In this document: piece by piece, positions 19,612-29,908 of the stretch
How positions within the stretch are numbered: position 1 is the first letter of the stretch
Layout of the letters: each line of letters opens with the position of its first letter
Origin: an uncultured virus (IMG/VR IMGVR_UViG_3300031132_000335)
Lineage: Duplodnaviria; Heunggongvirae; Uroviricota; Caudoviricetes
Strand: one strand, 5' to 3'
IMG/VR virus record: IMGVR_UViG_3300031132_000335
DNA: 64,000 bases
The notes under the pieces: model-generated
Databases searched by the model: none
Told to the model about the DNA's origin: nothing
The model's input: the letters and a program-made list of their open reading frames with translations, nothing else
Translations under genes and position numbers: made by a program

Positions 19612-19980
19612 TTAGTCCTGGTTGGTCAGACGCTCAATCTCAGGCTCGTTGTTCGGAGAGATGCCCACAGACCACTCAGTAGTGGAGTTCAGCAGGAGTC
19701 GCAGCACCGTCGTGGAGTCAGTCCATTCCAGTTCATCATCCGTCAGAGCAGGAGTGTGCTTGATGATGGCGCTGTACGAGTTCCCCTCAACATCCGAGTT
19801 GGGGAGAACCGCTACCAGCTCGTGAACACGAATCAGCTGGTAACCCTTCGTGACCAGGAACTCGCCCTCGTACTCAGTGTCACGGGAGGTGTACCCAGCG
19901 TTCAGGAGAGCGATGTGGACCCTGTTCAGGTTCTGCTCGTCAGTGAAGCTCAGAGAAAGGGTTGCGCTGTCGGAAATCAT
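19612..19980 (-). CDS. hypothetical protein
   Basis: SD GAAAGG; typical codon usage. Confidence 0.65.
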   Translation of the reverse strand: MISDSATLSLSFTDEQNLNRVHIALLNAGYTSRDTEYEGEFLVTKGYQLIRVHELVAVLPNSDVEGNSYSAIIKHTPALTDDELEWTDSTTVLRLLLNSTTEWSVGISPNNEPEIERLTNQD

Positions 19981-20056
19981 GGTGATGCCTTTCATTGGAA
20001 GAACAGGTGTGAACCCAGGCTACCACATAAAGAAGCGCCTGACAACAGGGGATTGT

Positions 20057-20401
20057 TCAGGCAGGAACAGCCTGAGACTGGCGAACCGTCTCAGAAAGAC
20101 GAATCAGCTCAGCCTGAGCAATGGCACGGACGTTCGCGTTGTCCAGCTCGGCACAGATGTCCAAACGCTTCTGGATGAACGCCAGTAGAGCTTCTTCCTT
20201 GCTGTGATGCTGGCACGGGTTGATGTGTACACGAGCAAACAGGAGGTTCGCATTCGCGTCCTGGCGTGCCATTTTGAGGAGGCTGATACGGATACGGTTC
20301 GCATCATTACGATTCTGCTGGTGCAGACGGATGGCCTCGTCAAAAGTGGCGACGATGTACTTCCACTGTGCGGTAGCGCAGTCACGGACGTTCATGTTCA
20401 T
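20057..20401 (-). CDS. hypothetical protein
   Basis: Typical codon usage; upstream promoter. Confidence 0.65.
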   Translation of the reverse strand: MNMNVRDCATAQWKYIVATFDEAIRLHQQNRNDANRIRISLLKMARQDANANLLFARVHINPCQHHSKEEALLAFIQKRLDICAELDNANVRAIAQAELIRLSETVRQSQAVPA

Positions 20402-20495
20402 TCTCTCTCAGACAAGGGTTGTTCGGATCAGTTGATCGTATCACTAACGGCTGTGGGAGACAACCTTTTCAGCTGTCTCCCACATGAAAGTTGTC

Positions 20496-20792
20496 TTACT
20501 GCGCGAACGAAGCGAATGCCCACTCATCACGGGAGGTGATGGTTGCCTTGCCGAACTCCTTGGAACCGTTGATACGGGGAGCGCGGAGGGTGGCGATGAT
20601 TTCACCGCCGAGACGGATGTTTCGCGTCTGGTGGCTGGTCTGCGTGCCAACGGTGACACGGACCTTCCCGAAGAGAATGTTGTCCAGGTTCGCAGCGACA
20701 GTGAGCTTGTCCGTCTGGACCTCGGTGGGGAGAACAGGGTTCAGGTCGTAGTCACGACGGTACTGGCGAGCGATGCGCTTCATGTTGTTCAT
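20496..20792 (-). CDS. hypothetical protein
   Basis: SD AGGAG; TTGCGT..TACGCT promoter. Confidence 0.7.
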   Translation of the reverse strand: MNNMKRIARQYRRDYDLNPVLPTEVQTDKLTVAANLDNILFGKVRVTVGTQTSHQTRNIRLGGEIIATLRAPRINGSKEFGKATITSRDEWAFASFAQ

Positions 20793-20909
20793 GAGGTGTC
20801 TCCTGAGTCAGTGGGGCAGCGTTCCTGCCCTGTTGAGATTCAGCGTACACACCTGCTGAGCTGCACGCAACTCCTGCGGCAAGAAAATTTTCCCTCAGCT
20901 TCTGCCGAG

Positions 20910-21374
20910 CTACTGGTTCTCCATCAGGTTGTCGTCCTTGTCAAAGGTGGCCGTTGCTCCCTCAGCGGTACGGTTGAACTGCCCCTCGGTCACGTTGAAC
21001 GTGTTCTCGTCCTCGCCCTTGGTGATGGTGAGCTTCCAGGACGGCTGTTCGTACTGACCAGCGCAGCTGTTCTCCACGTTGTTGATACCGTAGGAGTCAA
21101 TGCACCACTGAGGCCAGTGTCCTGCCGTGTAGACCTTCTCTGTCACGGTTCCCTGGTGGATGCCGTTTGCGTGGCCGATGCTGTCCGCAATCACGAAGAC
21201 GAAAGCGAAGATGATGAGCGCCAGGGGAACACCGATTGTGAAACCCAGGAGAATCTTGATGAAGATGTCTTCCTCTGCATCCGCTTTCTGCTGACGAGCA
21301 CGTGCAACATTCTCGCGCTGATAAGCTCGCTTGTTGGACTGCTCTTGCTTCTCCCATGCGTTTGGCTCAGCCAC
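20910..21374 (-). CDS. single-TM membrane protein
   Basis: TM helix; SD AAGGAG, GTG start. Confidence 0.7.
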   Translation of the reverse strand: MAEPNAWEKQEQSNKRAYQRENVARARQQKADAEEDIFIKILLGFTIGVPLALIIFAFVFVIADSIGHANGIHQGTVTEKVYTAGHWPQWCIDSYGINNVENSCAGQYEQPSWKLTITKGEDENTFNVTEGQFNRTAEGATATFDKDDNLMENQ

Positions 21375-21551
21375 GATGAGTCTCCTTTTACAAGTTATAC
21401 GACTGTTGAACGGTAACGTTCCTTCCCTACGTTACCCCATCACCTGCTCATATGCAAGCAATCTGCACCTTTTGGTGACAGCAGTAGGGATAGGACATGC
21501 ATCTGGTTGTCACACACGAACGCATACTAACGGGGTCTAATTCAGCGGCTA

Positions 21552-21620
21552 CCTTCTACTTCCTTGATTTTACGCGGAAGTAGAAGGCAATATCTTGACA
21601 AAAGACGGCAAAATGACCCT
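21552..21620 (+). repeat. conserved hairpin + TTGACAAAAGACGG element, copy 1
   Basis: CTACTTCC-TTGATTTTAC-nn-GGAAGTAG; second copy at 34767. Confidence 0.7.
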
Positions 21621-21752
21621 GTTTTCCTGACACCAGCCGGCTGTCAGGAACCTTTGGCGGGTTCGTGTTGCACTGATGCAAGGAACCTGGTACCGTGAAG
21701 GTATCACTCTGAGAGGAATCGTCTCCCCACACTCTTACTAAGGAGAATACCC

Positions 21753-21977
21753 ATGCTCGGAAACATCGCCCTCACCATCGGTGCTATCCTGCTCATCCTC
21801 GCTGTCCTGGCAGCCATCGTCATCCCGATTCTGCGCGTAGCGGAGCACAAGGGGAAGGAAGCAGCTCAGGTCAAGCCGGATAATTCTTCCCAGGACATTG
21901 AGGGTTCTGACAGGACGCTGGCACAGGCTCGTGCTGAGGTTGACGCTTCGGCTCGTCAGAAGCTGAACGTTCAGTAG
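21753..21977 (+). CDS. small membrane protein
   Basis: N-terminal TM; SD AAGGAG. Confidence 0.7.
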   Translation: MLGNIALTIGAILLILAVLAAIVIPILRVAEHKGKEAAQVKPDNSSQDIEGSDRTLAQARAEVDASARQKLNVQ

Positions 21978-22103
21978 CACCAATCAGGGTTCCCGAGTGA
22001 ATCCTGTGATCTGAAAGATTTTTTGATTCTGAGTTGACAAGCCCTACTGGGGTATGTAGGCTGATACCAGAACGACAGAGAAACCTGCTTCACAACTCAA
22101 CAT

Positions 22104-22186
22104 GCCTTCTTGGTGGAATTGGTAGACGCGCTTGACTCAAAATCAAGTTCCCAAAAGGAGTGAGGGTTCAAGTCCCTCAGGAGGCA
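22104..22186 (+). tRNA. trnL: tRNA-Leu(CAA)
   Basis: Acceptor GCCTTCT/AGGAGGC, D-loop GGAATTGGTAGAC, anticodon arm CTTGA-CTCAAAA-TCAAG, long variable arm, GGTTCAAGTCC; CCA not encoded; TTGACA..TAGGCT promoter upstream. Confidence 0.95.
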
Positions 22187-22229
22187 CAAGTCATCAATCA
22201 CTGCACTACCAACCGAAAGGTGTAACGCA

Positions 22230-22388
22230 ATGGGTATGCTCGTCAACATCAAGGCCGCTCGGGTCTGCTGCGCGGAATGCGATGCCAGCTTCGGCCTTGC
22301 GAAGAACCGCAAGAACCGTCAGACTCTCAAGCGCACCCTCCGTCGCCGTGAGAAGCAGCAGTTCCAGCGAGAGCTGCGGAACGCCTAA
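22230..22388 (+). CDS. small basic protein with CCxxC (not in ORF track)
   Basis: SD GAAAGG; MGMLVNIKAARVCCAEC...RRREKQQF; followed by a hairpin. Confidence 0.6.
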   Translation: MGMLVNIKAARVCCAECDASFGLAKNRKNRQTLKRTLRRREKQQFQRELRNA

Positions 22389-22484
22389 CAACTCCATGAA
22401 GGGGCTGACACGAAACAGTGTCAGCCCCTTTGTCATGCCCGATAGGTATATCACCGACCATTCATGGATGAAGGAAAGGACTCA

Positions 22485-22607
22485 ATGATGAGTTACGGTG
22501 AAGGTATCAACAGTATCAACCCACAGTCAGGGGAAGGTGTAAGCAACGCAGCACTTTACGGAGTACTGGGTGACCAGAATTGTCAGACCTGCGGTTCACA
22601 GCAGTGA
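22485..22607 (+). CDS. 40-aa peptide with CxxC
   Basis: SD GAAAGGA; MMSYGEGINS...NCQTCGSQQ. Confidence 0.4.
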   Translation: MMSYGEGINSINPQSGEGVSNAALYGVLGDQNCQTCGSQQ

Positions 22608-22648
22608 GCTGATATCATAATTGACAAAAGCGCACAAAAGGACATAGC

Positions 22649-22834
22649 ATGGTATTGATATACAGAGAAATTGATCCAGGTTTATTTGAGGACATGGAAA
22701 TCGCGGCAATCATTCGTGAACGCATCGCGGCAGGTGAACCTACCTCTATGGATGACCTCTTAGCCAAATACGGCACTAACCTCAGTAATTCCGCCGGCGA
22801 GCTGGACCCATTGAAACTTGGGAAGACTTCATAG
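22649..22834 (+). CDS. small hypothetical protein
   Basis: TTGACA upstream; start uncertain. Confidence 0.35.
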   Translation: MVLIYREIDPGLFEDMEIAAIIRERIAAGEPTSMDDLLAKYGTNLSNSAGELDPLKLGKTS

Positions 22835-22921
22835 CCTCATATCCAAACTCTCCTCATACGAAGAGACCCTGCTAACAGCGTTAGTCTGTGTTAGCAGGGT
22901 CTCTTCTGTTTTTTGAACAGG

Positions 22922-23197
22922 CTACTTGACTTCAATCGTGTAGTTGATGACAAGACCAAGCTCATTGGCGAGGTATCGCAGCTCTGTAAGGTTTGGAGCT
23001 CGTTCCAGAGTGAGAATCTCGGTGATGTACTCCTCCGAAGCTTCAAAGGTCTTAGCGAACTCAGCGTAAGACAAACCTGTCTCAGCGAAAGCTTCTACGA
23101 TGGCTTCCATCAAACTTACCTGGTTGTTGTAGTTCTCGGAAGCTCGTTCAATTTCACGTTCAGTGAATGGAACAGGGTTGATATCGTCGGTACTCAT
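22922..23197 (-). CDS. XRE-family HTH protein
   Basis: GLSYAEFAKTFEASEEYITEIL..ERAPNLTELRYLANELG. Confidence 0.75.
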   Translation of the reverse strand: MSTDDINPVPFTEREIERASENYNNQVSLMEAIVEAFAETGLSYAEFAKTFEASEEYITEILTLERAPNLTELRYLANELGLVINYTIEVK

Positions 23198-23326
23198 AAA
23201 TCTCCTCGTCAGTCTGTGTATAAAAAAGACAAGACCTATTCTACCACAGGAGGAGCTGATGGCGACAAAAAGGAAGGAGGCCCGAGCGTGAACTCGGGCC
23301 TCCTGTTTTTCAAGGTCTGTTTGGGG

Positions 23327-23557
23327 TCAGACCATGAAAGGCGCGCGGATGGAGTTGAGAGTGTAGGAACCGTCAGCCTGAGACTGGATGCGGTAGCGGC
23401 GGCGGGTTCCGTCAGCGATGACATCCCATGCTACTGCTCCTGCCGCGAGGGCGTTCTGGATGAGGTTCTCCCAAGTGCCGTCGTACGTGAACTGCGTGTT
23501 CTTCTTCTCCACGGTCGCGGTGATGGTGCGGCCAGCTTCGTTGCTGTTCTCGCTCAT
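23327..23557 (-). CDS. hypothetical protein
   Basis: SD GAAAGG. Confidence 0.7.
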   Translation of the reverse strand: MSENSNEAGRTITATVEKKNTQFTYDGTWENLIQNALAAGAVAWDVIADGTRRRYRIQSQADGSYTLNSIRAPFMV

Positions 23558-23728
23558 GATGTGTTGCCTTTCAATGCGGATGGTGTGTTACTGATCTTAC
23601 CGAGTAATCGGATGAACTGCCATATTCCTAACGACTTCCTGTTACCCGTTTTCAGGGGACAAGCACAAAAGAGGAGGGAGGAGCAAGCCATGAAAATGCT
23701 TGCTCCTCCCTCCTCTGGATGAGTCAGG

Positions 23729-24268
23729 TCAGACCTTTGTCAGTGTGAGGTTCTCTGCCTTCCGAGCCTCCTCCTGGACGAGACGAACGTCCTCCGTAGG
23801 CTCCATGAACATCAGTGACCCGACACCCCAGCCCCATGCGATAAGGCCAGCAGGAACCAAGAGGGACCACCAGATACTGCTGTGAATCTGAGACTCCTCG
23901 CCAGTCAGGACCATGAAGCCCGAGACTCCGAGAGCAATCACCCAGGTCAAACCGAAGAGGAACAAAAGCCCCGACACAACCTCATTCGTGCGGACCTGCT
24001 CCTTGAACGCAGCCCAGTAGCGGGAAAGGAAGGTCTCGTGCGAGTAGTAGCCGACCGTCTGGTAGATGTCCAGGTCATCCCAGCTTGCAGTGTTGTCCAG
24101 GAACCAGGAGAAACGCCAACGCTTCTTCTCGGCCTCCTTCTTGGAAAAAGACACCTGCGGATTGCGAGCAAGGTGCTTCGCAATCTTCTCTGCGAGGTGC
24201 TCATCCTGACCCGTGTACTTCATGCGGTACTCAACGCGTGTGCGAAGCATGACTTCACTCTCTCTCAT
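23729..24268 (-). CDS. membrane protein (2 TM)
   Basis: Paralog of 24347-24874 (RTRVEY, SRYWAA.K..VRTNE, WWSLL). Confidence 0.75.
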   Translation of the reverse strand: MRESEVMLRTRVEYRMKYTGQDEHLAEKIAKHLARNPQVSFSKKEAEKKRWRFSWFLDNTASWDDLDIYQTVGYYSHETFLSRYWAAFKEQVRTNEVVSGLLFLFGLTWVIALGVSGFMVLTGEESQIHSSIWWSLLVPAGLIAWGWGVGSLMFMEPTEDVRLVQEEARKAENLTLTKV

Positions 24269-24346
24269 TCATTCGTGAATTTTTCAGGTACAGCTCTGAC
24301 CCTATCATCACCTACCAGAGCTGTCAACCAGAAAGACGAAATAGTG

Positions 24347-24874
24347 TCAGACCTTCGCCATGTCTACATGGGATAGTTTCTCCTGTTGCTTCTCAACAGG
24401 CACCCATTCACTTCGCTTCACCTGGCAACCAAGTCCCCAGATAAGGAGCATGAACCCGACAGGGAACAGTAGGGACCACCAAAGCAAGCTATTCACATGG
24501 GTAATACCTCCATTGGCAACTCCAATCCATGTCCAAAGCGCTACGGCAATCCATGTAAGGTACGGAAAGGTAAGAATGGGAACAGCAGCTTCATTAGTAC
24601 GGACTTCCTTTTTGACAGCAGCCCAGTAACGGGAACGCCAGCGCTCCTTCTGATACTCACCGAGCTTCTGGATGAGGATGAAGTCATCCGCATCAGCACC
24701 CTCATCGAAGAAAGTCCTCGCAGCGCGCCACAGTAGCTTCTGAGCGTCCTTTTTGGAGTAGGCCACCCACGTACTCATCTGTCGCGTGATACGCTCCCCA
24801 GCAGCCTTCAATGGCCCTATGTAGTGGACGTAGTACTCAACTCGTGTACGTGTGATGATGTTCTTCTGCTCCAT
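24347..24874 (-). CDS. membrane protein (2 TM)
   Basis: Paralog of 23729-24268. Confidence 0.75.
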   Translation of the reverse strand: MEQKNIITRTRVEYYVHYIGPLKAAGERITRQMSTWVAYSKKDAQKLLWRAARTFFDEGADADDFILIQKLGEYQKERWRSRYWAAVKKEVRTNEAAVPILTFPYLTWIAVALWTWIGVANGGITHVNSLLWWSLLFPVGFMLLIWGLGCQVKRSEWVPVEKQQEKLSHVDMAKV

Positions 24875-25143
24875 TATGCATCCAAACTCAGGTAGTGCTT
24901 CTGCGCCTTTTCATACTCGTCTCCTGCGCCACTGTGAACATTCAGTTCCACCATTCCAGCGAGGAGAAGGCCGAACTCCTCGGGAGTTTCCTCGTTCAGC
25001 ATACGGCGAAGGTTCACCAGCCCTGCGAGTCGCTCAATGCGTTCAGAACTTGCCGTTTGAACATCAATGCCTTCTCCGAATACGACGTGCAGTTCGGTCT
25101 CCACATAGTCACGCATTGCTGCAATCTTCTCAGTCATCTGCAT
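24874..25143 (-). CDS. hypothetical protein
   Basis: SD GAAGGG; stop overlaps the next start. Confidence 0.65.
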   Translation of the reverse strand: MQMTEKIAAMRDYVETELHVVFGEGIDVQTASSERIERLAGLVNLRRMLNEETPEEFGLLLAGMVELNVHSGAGDEYEKAQKHYLSLDA

Positions 25144-25205
25144 TGTTTTACCCTTCAAAAGAATCAGTCCCACAAAGCTATCATGGCTTTGCGGGACTGT
25201 CAAGG

Positions 25206-26096
25206 TTAGTGGTGCTTGTTCTGAGCGAAGACACTACCATGAAGGTTTGCTGCGTCAGTGACAACAATAACTGCATCAGGGTCCACTGCTTCAACAGCTT
25301 CCACCAGTTCAGGCTCCTCAACCCGAGCAACGAACGTCATGACAATCTTCAAGGTGTCGTTGATGTCATCCTTGTGGGCATCCATGAAGATGACCTTACG
25401 GTTGAGGGCGTTGTGAATAGCCTCAGCGACTTCCTCATGGTTCTTACTCATCACCTGGATGGTCTTCATTTCATTGCCACCTTCAATGATTTTCTTGATG
25501 ATGGGAGTAACCACAACGTAGAACAGCAGGAAAGAAGCCATTGCCTTCTCAGGGGAAGTGGTGAATGCTGCGACGACAAAGATGCAGAAGTTCACGGAAA
25601 GAATGATTTGGTTGACGCTGTACCGTGTGCGGTTTGCAACGTAGACGGCAAGAATCTCTGTTCCGTCAAGCGCACCACCGTACCGAAGTGCAATGCCGAC
25701 ACCAGCTCCAACCAGCAGGCCACCGTAACCCAAGGCAAGGACGAACTCATGAGTCAGCTCATGGAAGTGATGTAGGAGAAGCGTGGAGATGGCGAGAGCT
25801 GCGATACCCAGCGCTGTGCGATACGCTGATTTGATTCCTGCATGCTTATACGCGATGAAGAGGAAGGGTAGGTTCAGCACACCGATGAACAGACCCAGCG
25901 GCATGTTGATTGCCTGAGACAGAAGGATGGACACACCTGTCACACCACCGTCAAGGAATCCGTTCGGAACGAGGAACAGTTCCAGCCCTGTTGCTACGGA
26001 GACAGCTCCGATGATAATGGCAATGATACGAAGCAGCTCATTGATGACTGGGTTCTTTGCACGGTGAACAATTTGGGCTTTGGCGGCTTTCAACAT
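25206..26096 (-). CDS. YitT-family membrane protein
   Basis: PNGFLDGGVTG, NLPF, GGALDGTEIL, C-terminal DPDAVIVV. Confidence 0.9.
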   Translation of the reverse strand: MLKAAKAQIVHRAKNPVINELLRIIAIIIGAVSVATGLELFLVPNGFLDGGVTGVSILLSQAINMPLGLFIGVLNLPFLFIAYKHAGIKSAYRTALGIAALAISTLLLHHFHELTHEFVLALGYGGLLVGAGVGIALRYGGALDGTEILAVYVANRTRYSVNQIILSVNFCIFVVAAFTTSPEKAMASFLLFYVVVTPIIKKIIEGGNEMKTIQVMSKNHEEVAEAIHNALNRKVIFMDAHKDDINDTLKIVMTFVARVEEPELVEAVEAVDPDAVIVVTDAANLHGSVFAQNKHH

Positions 26097-26254
26097 GGAA
26101 GTCGTCTTTCTCTCTTATTTATCGTTACATCAACCTTATCATGTTCTCAGCTTCATAGCAACTCATGAAGAAGTCAACCTACTGAAAAGCATTGTGGCGG
26201 GCATAGTAAAAGGACGCAACAGAAACGTTTCTGTTGCGTCCTTCGTGGTGAGAG

Positions 26255-26443
26255 TTACTCGCTGCCCAGCTCGTCCAGAGCCGTCAGCGCCTCCTCCGTG
26301 ACCTCAGTCACCTTGTAGTCAACGTCCAGGAACGTGAAACCTGCACTGTTGAACATTGCCTCGTCCACGTGTCCACGACCGAACTTCGCCAGGTCCTCAG
26401 CATTGTCGCTGGTAACCGTGACAACAAACGTCTTCTTACCCAT
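26255..26443 (-). CDS. hypothetical protein
   Basis: SD AAGGAG before MGKKTFVV. Confidence 0.65.
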   Translation of the reverse strand: MGKKTFVVTVTSDNAEDLAKFGRGHVDEAMFNSAGFTFLDVDYKVTEVTEEALTALDELGSE

Positions 26444-26555
26444 AATGTTCTCCTTACTTTTGGGAGGTGGTTCCTCCTCTTGATAGATCAAAGGTAGCAG
26501 AAGTGAGAGCCTAATACAAGCTCTTCCCTCTGCTACCTGAGGTGATTCAGCCTCA

Positions 26556-26816
26556 CTACTGCTTGATACGAGCAAGCTTCTCAGCCTGCGTCTGCATCTC
26601 GGCAATTCCCTTGTGAATCTGGCCCCAGTTGGTAGCGTTGGTCTGGAAGTTCTGCTCAATGCTGTCCCAGAGAGTGTCCGTCTCCGTGCGGAGAGCAGCA
26701 CGACGAGCCTGGACGGCCTTTGTGCGAGCGGTCTCGTACTTGTAAAGCTTGATGGCAACGAACGTAACGAACGCAACCCCAATGATGACAACCAGTGCGA
26801 CGAGGAAAGTGTGCAT
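26556..26816 (-). CDS. small membrane-anchored protein
   Basis: N-terminal TM; SD AAGGAG. Confidence 0.7.
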   Translation of the reverse strand: MHTFLVALVVIIGVAFVTFVAIKLYKYETARTKAVQARRAALRTETDTLWDSIEQNFQTNATNWGQIHKGIAEMQTQAEKLARIKQ

Positions 26817-26939
26817 GATGTTCTCCTTGAAAATGTTCGGGCGGCTGTTCCGCCCTGATGACTCAACTCTACACGATCAGGGGCGGTACGCAACCCCAGA
26901 CAGGAAGTTTTTCCTGGGATGTTTCTGAGAACGTGACAG

Positions 26940-27218
26940 TCAGCTGTGCAGCGAGGTAGTGAGTGCGCGGTCAGCTGAAAGGGCATTAACAGCATCCGTG
27001 CGAGTAGGCCAGAGGAACGGGAATCCGCTACGGAACTCATCTTCGCTCAGTGCAAAGCCCCACTTCTTGGGTGAACGAGTGATACCACTCTTGCTGGTCG
27101 TCGGGAATGCCTTACGAGCGACAAAACCCAGCACCTCATCGTTCTCGTCTTTCACCTCATACACAAGCTCAGACTGGGTGACATTCTCAACTGTGACCTC
27201 ATGCTTGACGAAATTCAT
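26940..27218 (-). CDS. hypothetical protein
   Basis: SD AGGAGAG before MNFVKHEV. Confidence 0.65.
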   Translation of the reverse strand: MNFVKHEVTVENVTQSELVYEVKDENDEVLGFVARKAFPTTSKSGITRSPKKWGFALSEDEFRSGFPFLWPTRTDAVNALSADRALTTSLHS

Positions 27219-27453
27219 TGGACTCTCCTGTGTTTGTAAGGTTGGAGGGAGAGGCTTTGCCTTCCCTAATGCTACTGGCAAGTCTACACACAAGGAGCGA
27301 AGAGTGCAAGAGGCTTACACAAGTAACACCCCATTTCCCAGCTTGTTCCAAGCAAAAATCTGAGTTGTGAGTTGCGCATGTCAGGGAAGGCGTGTACGCT
27401 GATGTCAGAAGGAACCCGCAGGAGAGCGGGTCCATGAGTTTGAGGAGAGAAAC

Positions 27454-27816
27454 ATGAGCAAGAACGCCCAGTACGAGAAGCTGGTTGACTTCCTGAACGC
27501 CCGTGAGACGTGGTTGACGGACCAGCGGGACATGGTGCGCCTGACCATCGCTCACAACGCTAACATCGTCTACTCGGATGTTGAGCGCATGGCTCTCATC
27601 GGCGGCTCAGCGGGACCCATTGCCATCCTTAGCTCCCTGGTTGACGGTGTTACCGAGGGTTCTCTGACCGCGGCTCAGGCTGTGAAGGAGGCAAAGAGTG
27701 AAGCAGAAGCTAACCTGCTTCACAACTCCCCGTTCGGCACTTCCTCCATCGGTTACTCTCTCATCGTCGCCAACACCACGGCGTTCTGGCAGGAGTTCAG
27801 CCGTCACATGCTGTAA
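27454..27816 (+). CDS. hypothetical protein
   Basis: SD GAGGAG; promoter. Confidence 0.7.
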   Translation: MSKNAQYEKLVDFLNARETWLTDQRDMVRLTIAHNANIVYSDVERMALIGGSAGPIAILSSLVDGVTEGSLTAAQAVKEAKSEAEANLLHNSPFGTSSIGYSLIVANTTAFWQEFSRHML

Positions 27817-27889
27817 GGCTTGCTGAGAAAAGACATTGAAGGCCCCAACCTGTATTAGGTTGGGGCCTTCTGGTTGTTGGGGGGGTTAC

Positions 27890-28111
27890 TTAGACGTTGT
27901 ACTCAGGGAAATCCCACATCACGGCTGTGAATCGGTTCGCCTGTTCTCGGGTTGCTCCGTACAGCTCCTGAACGCCCTTCCAGACAAGGTGGCGGGTGAA
28001 ATCAGTGTAGAGGATGTAATCCCTGAGAGCATCGTGTTGCTCCTGGGTTGCGTTAGGGAACTGCTCTTTGCCGACAAGAACCAGCTCGTCAGCGAGGTCG
28101 CTCAAATCCAT
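27890..28111 (-). CDS. hypothetical protein
   Basis: SD AAAGGA. Confidence 0.65.
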   Translation of the reverse strand: MDLSDLADELVLVGKEQFPNATQEQHDALRDYILYTDFTRHLVWKGVQELYGATREQANRFTAVMWDFPEYNV

Positions 28112-28192
28112 GATGGGTCTTCCTTTCAAAAACTTGCAGAGTGATGAGGACGGAAGAGGCGAAGCCATGACAGCTCCGCCTCTTCCGTGTGT

Positions 28193-28978
28193 TCAGTTCA
28201 GGAGCGTGAACTCCTTGGACGGCAGGTGCAGGATTCCGATGTTGTGCGCATCGTTGTCCTTGTCCAGTCCGATGCTGTGAAGCTGGTAGGACTCACCCAG
28301 GTCATCCGTAAGGTCTGTGACCGTGTTGATGTAGTGGTGGTAGTGACCGTGGAACAGCAGGCCAGGCTTCACTCCGTCAACAGCAACCCGAAGGTCATCA
28401 CGGGACTGGTAGGCGTACTCCAACGCGTGCTGCTGCCACTTGCTGTCATCACGGTGGTCGCTGAACAGCTCCACCCCAGTCGGGCAGTCGTGAGCGAGGA
28501 AAACGTCAGCGTGGCCACCCGAAAGCGTACGCATGATGTCACCGTAGCTCATGCTCTCACCAGCCCACCAGTCAACGCCCTCCATAAGGTCGTAACGGTT
28601 GATGGAGTGCGCCCCTCCAAGGGACACGAACGAGACACCAGCCCACTCCCAACGCTGCCCACGGGTTGCGTAGAGGATGTTCGGGAACTCTGCGTTGAAC
28701 TGCCAGCCCTCGTACTCACCAAACGTGAGTGTGTCAAGCTGGCCAACCATCTCGTAGTTCTCGTGGTTGCCGAGCGTCACCAGGAGAACCTGTCCGTTAT
28801 CCAGGAGAGTCTGGTTCACCTGGGTCAGGAACTCAGTGCCGCGCTCATCGTGCCAGATGCCGAAGTCACCGAGCTGCATGATGATGCTGATGCTCTCAGC
28901 GTGGAAGTCATTCAGGCGCTCAACAGCCCACGGGGTGTTCCCGTGCCAGTCTCCTGCAACGCCGATTCGCATGTTCAT
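28193..28978 (-). CDS. calcineurin-like metallophosphoesterase
   Basis: GDWHG, LGDFG, GNHE, AHDCP, HGHYH. Confidence 0.9.
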   Translation of the reverse strand: MNMRIGVAGDWHGNTPWAVERLNDFHAESISIIMQLGDFGIWHDERGTEFLTQVNQTLLDNGQVLLVTLGNHENYEMVGQLDTLTFGEYEGWQFNAEFPNILYATRGQRWEWAGVSFVSLGGAHSINRYDLMEGVDWWAGESMSYGDIMRTLSGGHADVFLAHDCPTGVELFSDHRDDSKWQQHALEYAYQSRDDLRVAVDGVKPGLLFHGHYHHYINTVTDLTDDLGESYQLHSIGLDKDNDAHNIGILHLPSKEFTLLN

Positions 28979-29070
28979 GGTTACAGCGTACATGACGGGT
29001 AGAGCTGGCGCAACCCATTAACAGGAAATGCCCCCATCTTTTTCATGATGGGGACATTTCCTTGCTGGTG

Positions 29071-29760
29071 TTACTTGCCGCTCTTGGAACTGCTGCTGTC
29101 CGCCGCCTCAGCAACCTCGTTCACGATAGCGACAGTCCAGATGGCGTTCAGAGCAGACACGTCCTTATCAGCGGTCTGGCTGGTGAGGGTGATGTTTGCA
29201 CCCATGGAGAACATCGCCCTGTCCGCCGACCATTCCTTCTGACCTGCCTTGTCGGTGATGTCACCCTTCAAGTTGAACCCAAAGCCCTGCTTGAACTTAC
29301 CAACCTGAGCGCCCGTGGTGTCAATGATGTTGAACTGGTAGAGAAGGGAGAATCGCTGGGCGTTGATGCTGCCAGCCTTGTGACCCTGGTAGTCGTAGGT
29401 CTCCGCCTGGCGACCCGAGAGGATGTGAATCTGCTCCTGCTCAGCGCCAATGAACGTGCCATCCATGGTGTACATGCTGTACGTGTCACCCCAGACCTTG
29501 AACGCCTCACCCTTGATGGTGGCGACTTCCTTGTCATCAGCCTTGACGGTCCAGGAATCACCCATGGAGAAAGCTGCCTTCTTCATGGTGATGGTCTTCG
29601 CGCTGTTCAGCTCGGAGATGACCGACTGCACCTGGTCAGGGTTCTGACCGAACTGAGCAGTGGAGAGCTGATTGGTGGAGCAAGCAGCAGCGGTGAGCAG
29701 CAGGCCAGCGGCGACAGCCGTAGCGGCGAGGGCCTTGATGGAGCGCTTGATGCTGAACAT
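29071..29760 (-). CDS. lipoprotein, LURP-one/scramblase-like domain
   Basis: Signal peptide with lipobox AAAC; KKAAFSMGDSWTV..G repeated beta-hairpins. Confidence 0.65.
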   Translation of the reverse strand: MFSIKRSIKALAATAVAAGLLLTAAACSTNQLSTAQFGQNPDQVQSVISELNSAKTITMKKAAFSMGDSWTVKADDKEVATIKGEAFKVWGDTYSMYTMDGTFIGAEQEQIHILSGRQAETYDYQGHKAGSINAQRFSLLYQFNIIDTTGAQVGKFKQGFGFNLKGDITDKAGQKEWSADRAMFSMGANITLTSQTADKDVSALNAIWTVAIVNEVAEAADSSSSKSGK

Positions 29761-29908
29761 TCGGGGTGTCTCCTGAGGTTGGTAGGGCATCTCTCCTGCC
29801 CTGTTGATACCCAGCGTACACCATCTGTCGCAGGATGCAAGTCCCATCAAGAACTTTTTCCTGTGGGTTTTCTGATCGCTACATGCGTAGCTAATGGGAA
29901 AGGACGAG

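Noticed and set aside
22104..22190. tRNA as a prophage att site
   Set aside because: No duplicated tRNA 3' end or integrase seen.
22649..23197. Toxin-antitoxin pair
   Set aside because: The genes are convergent and no toxin motif is recognisable.
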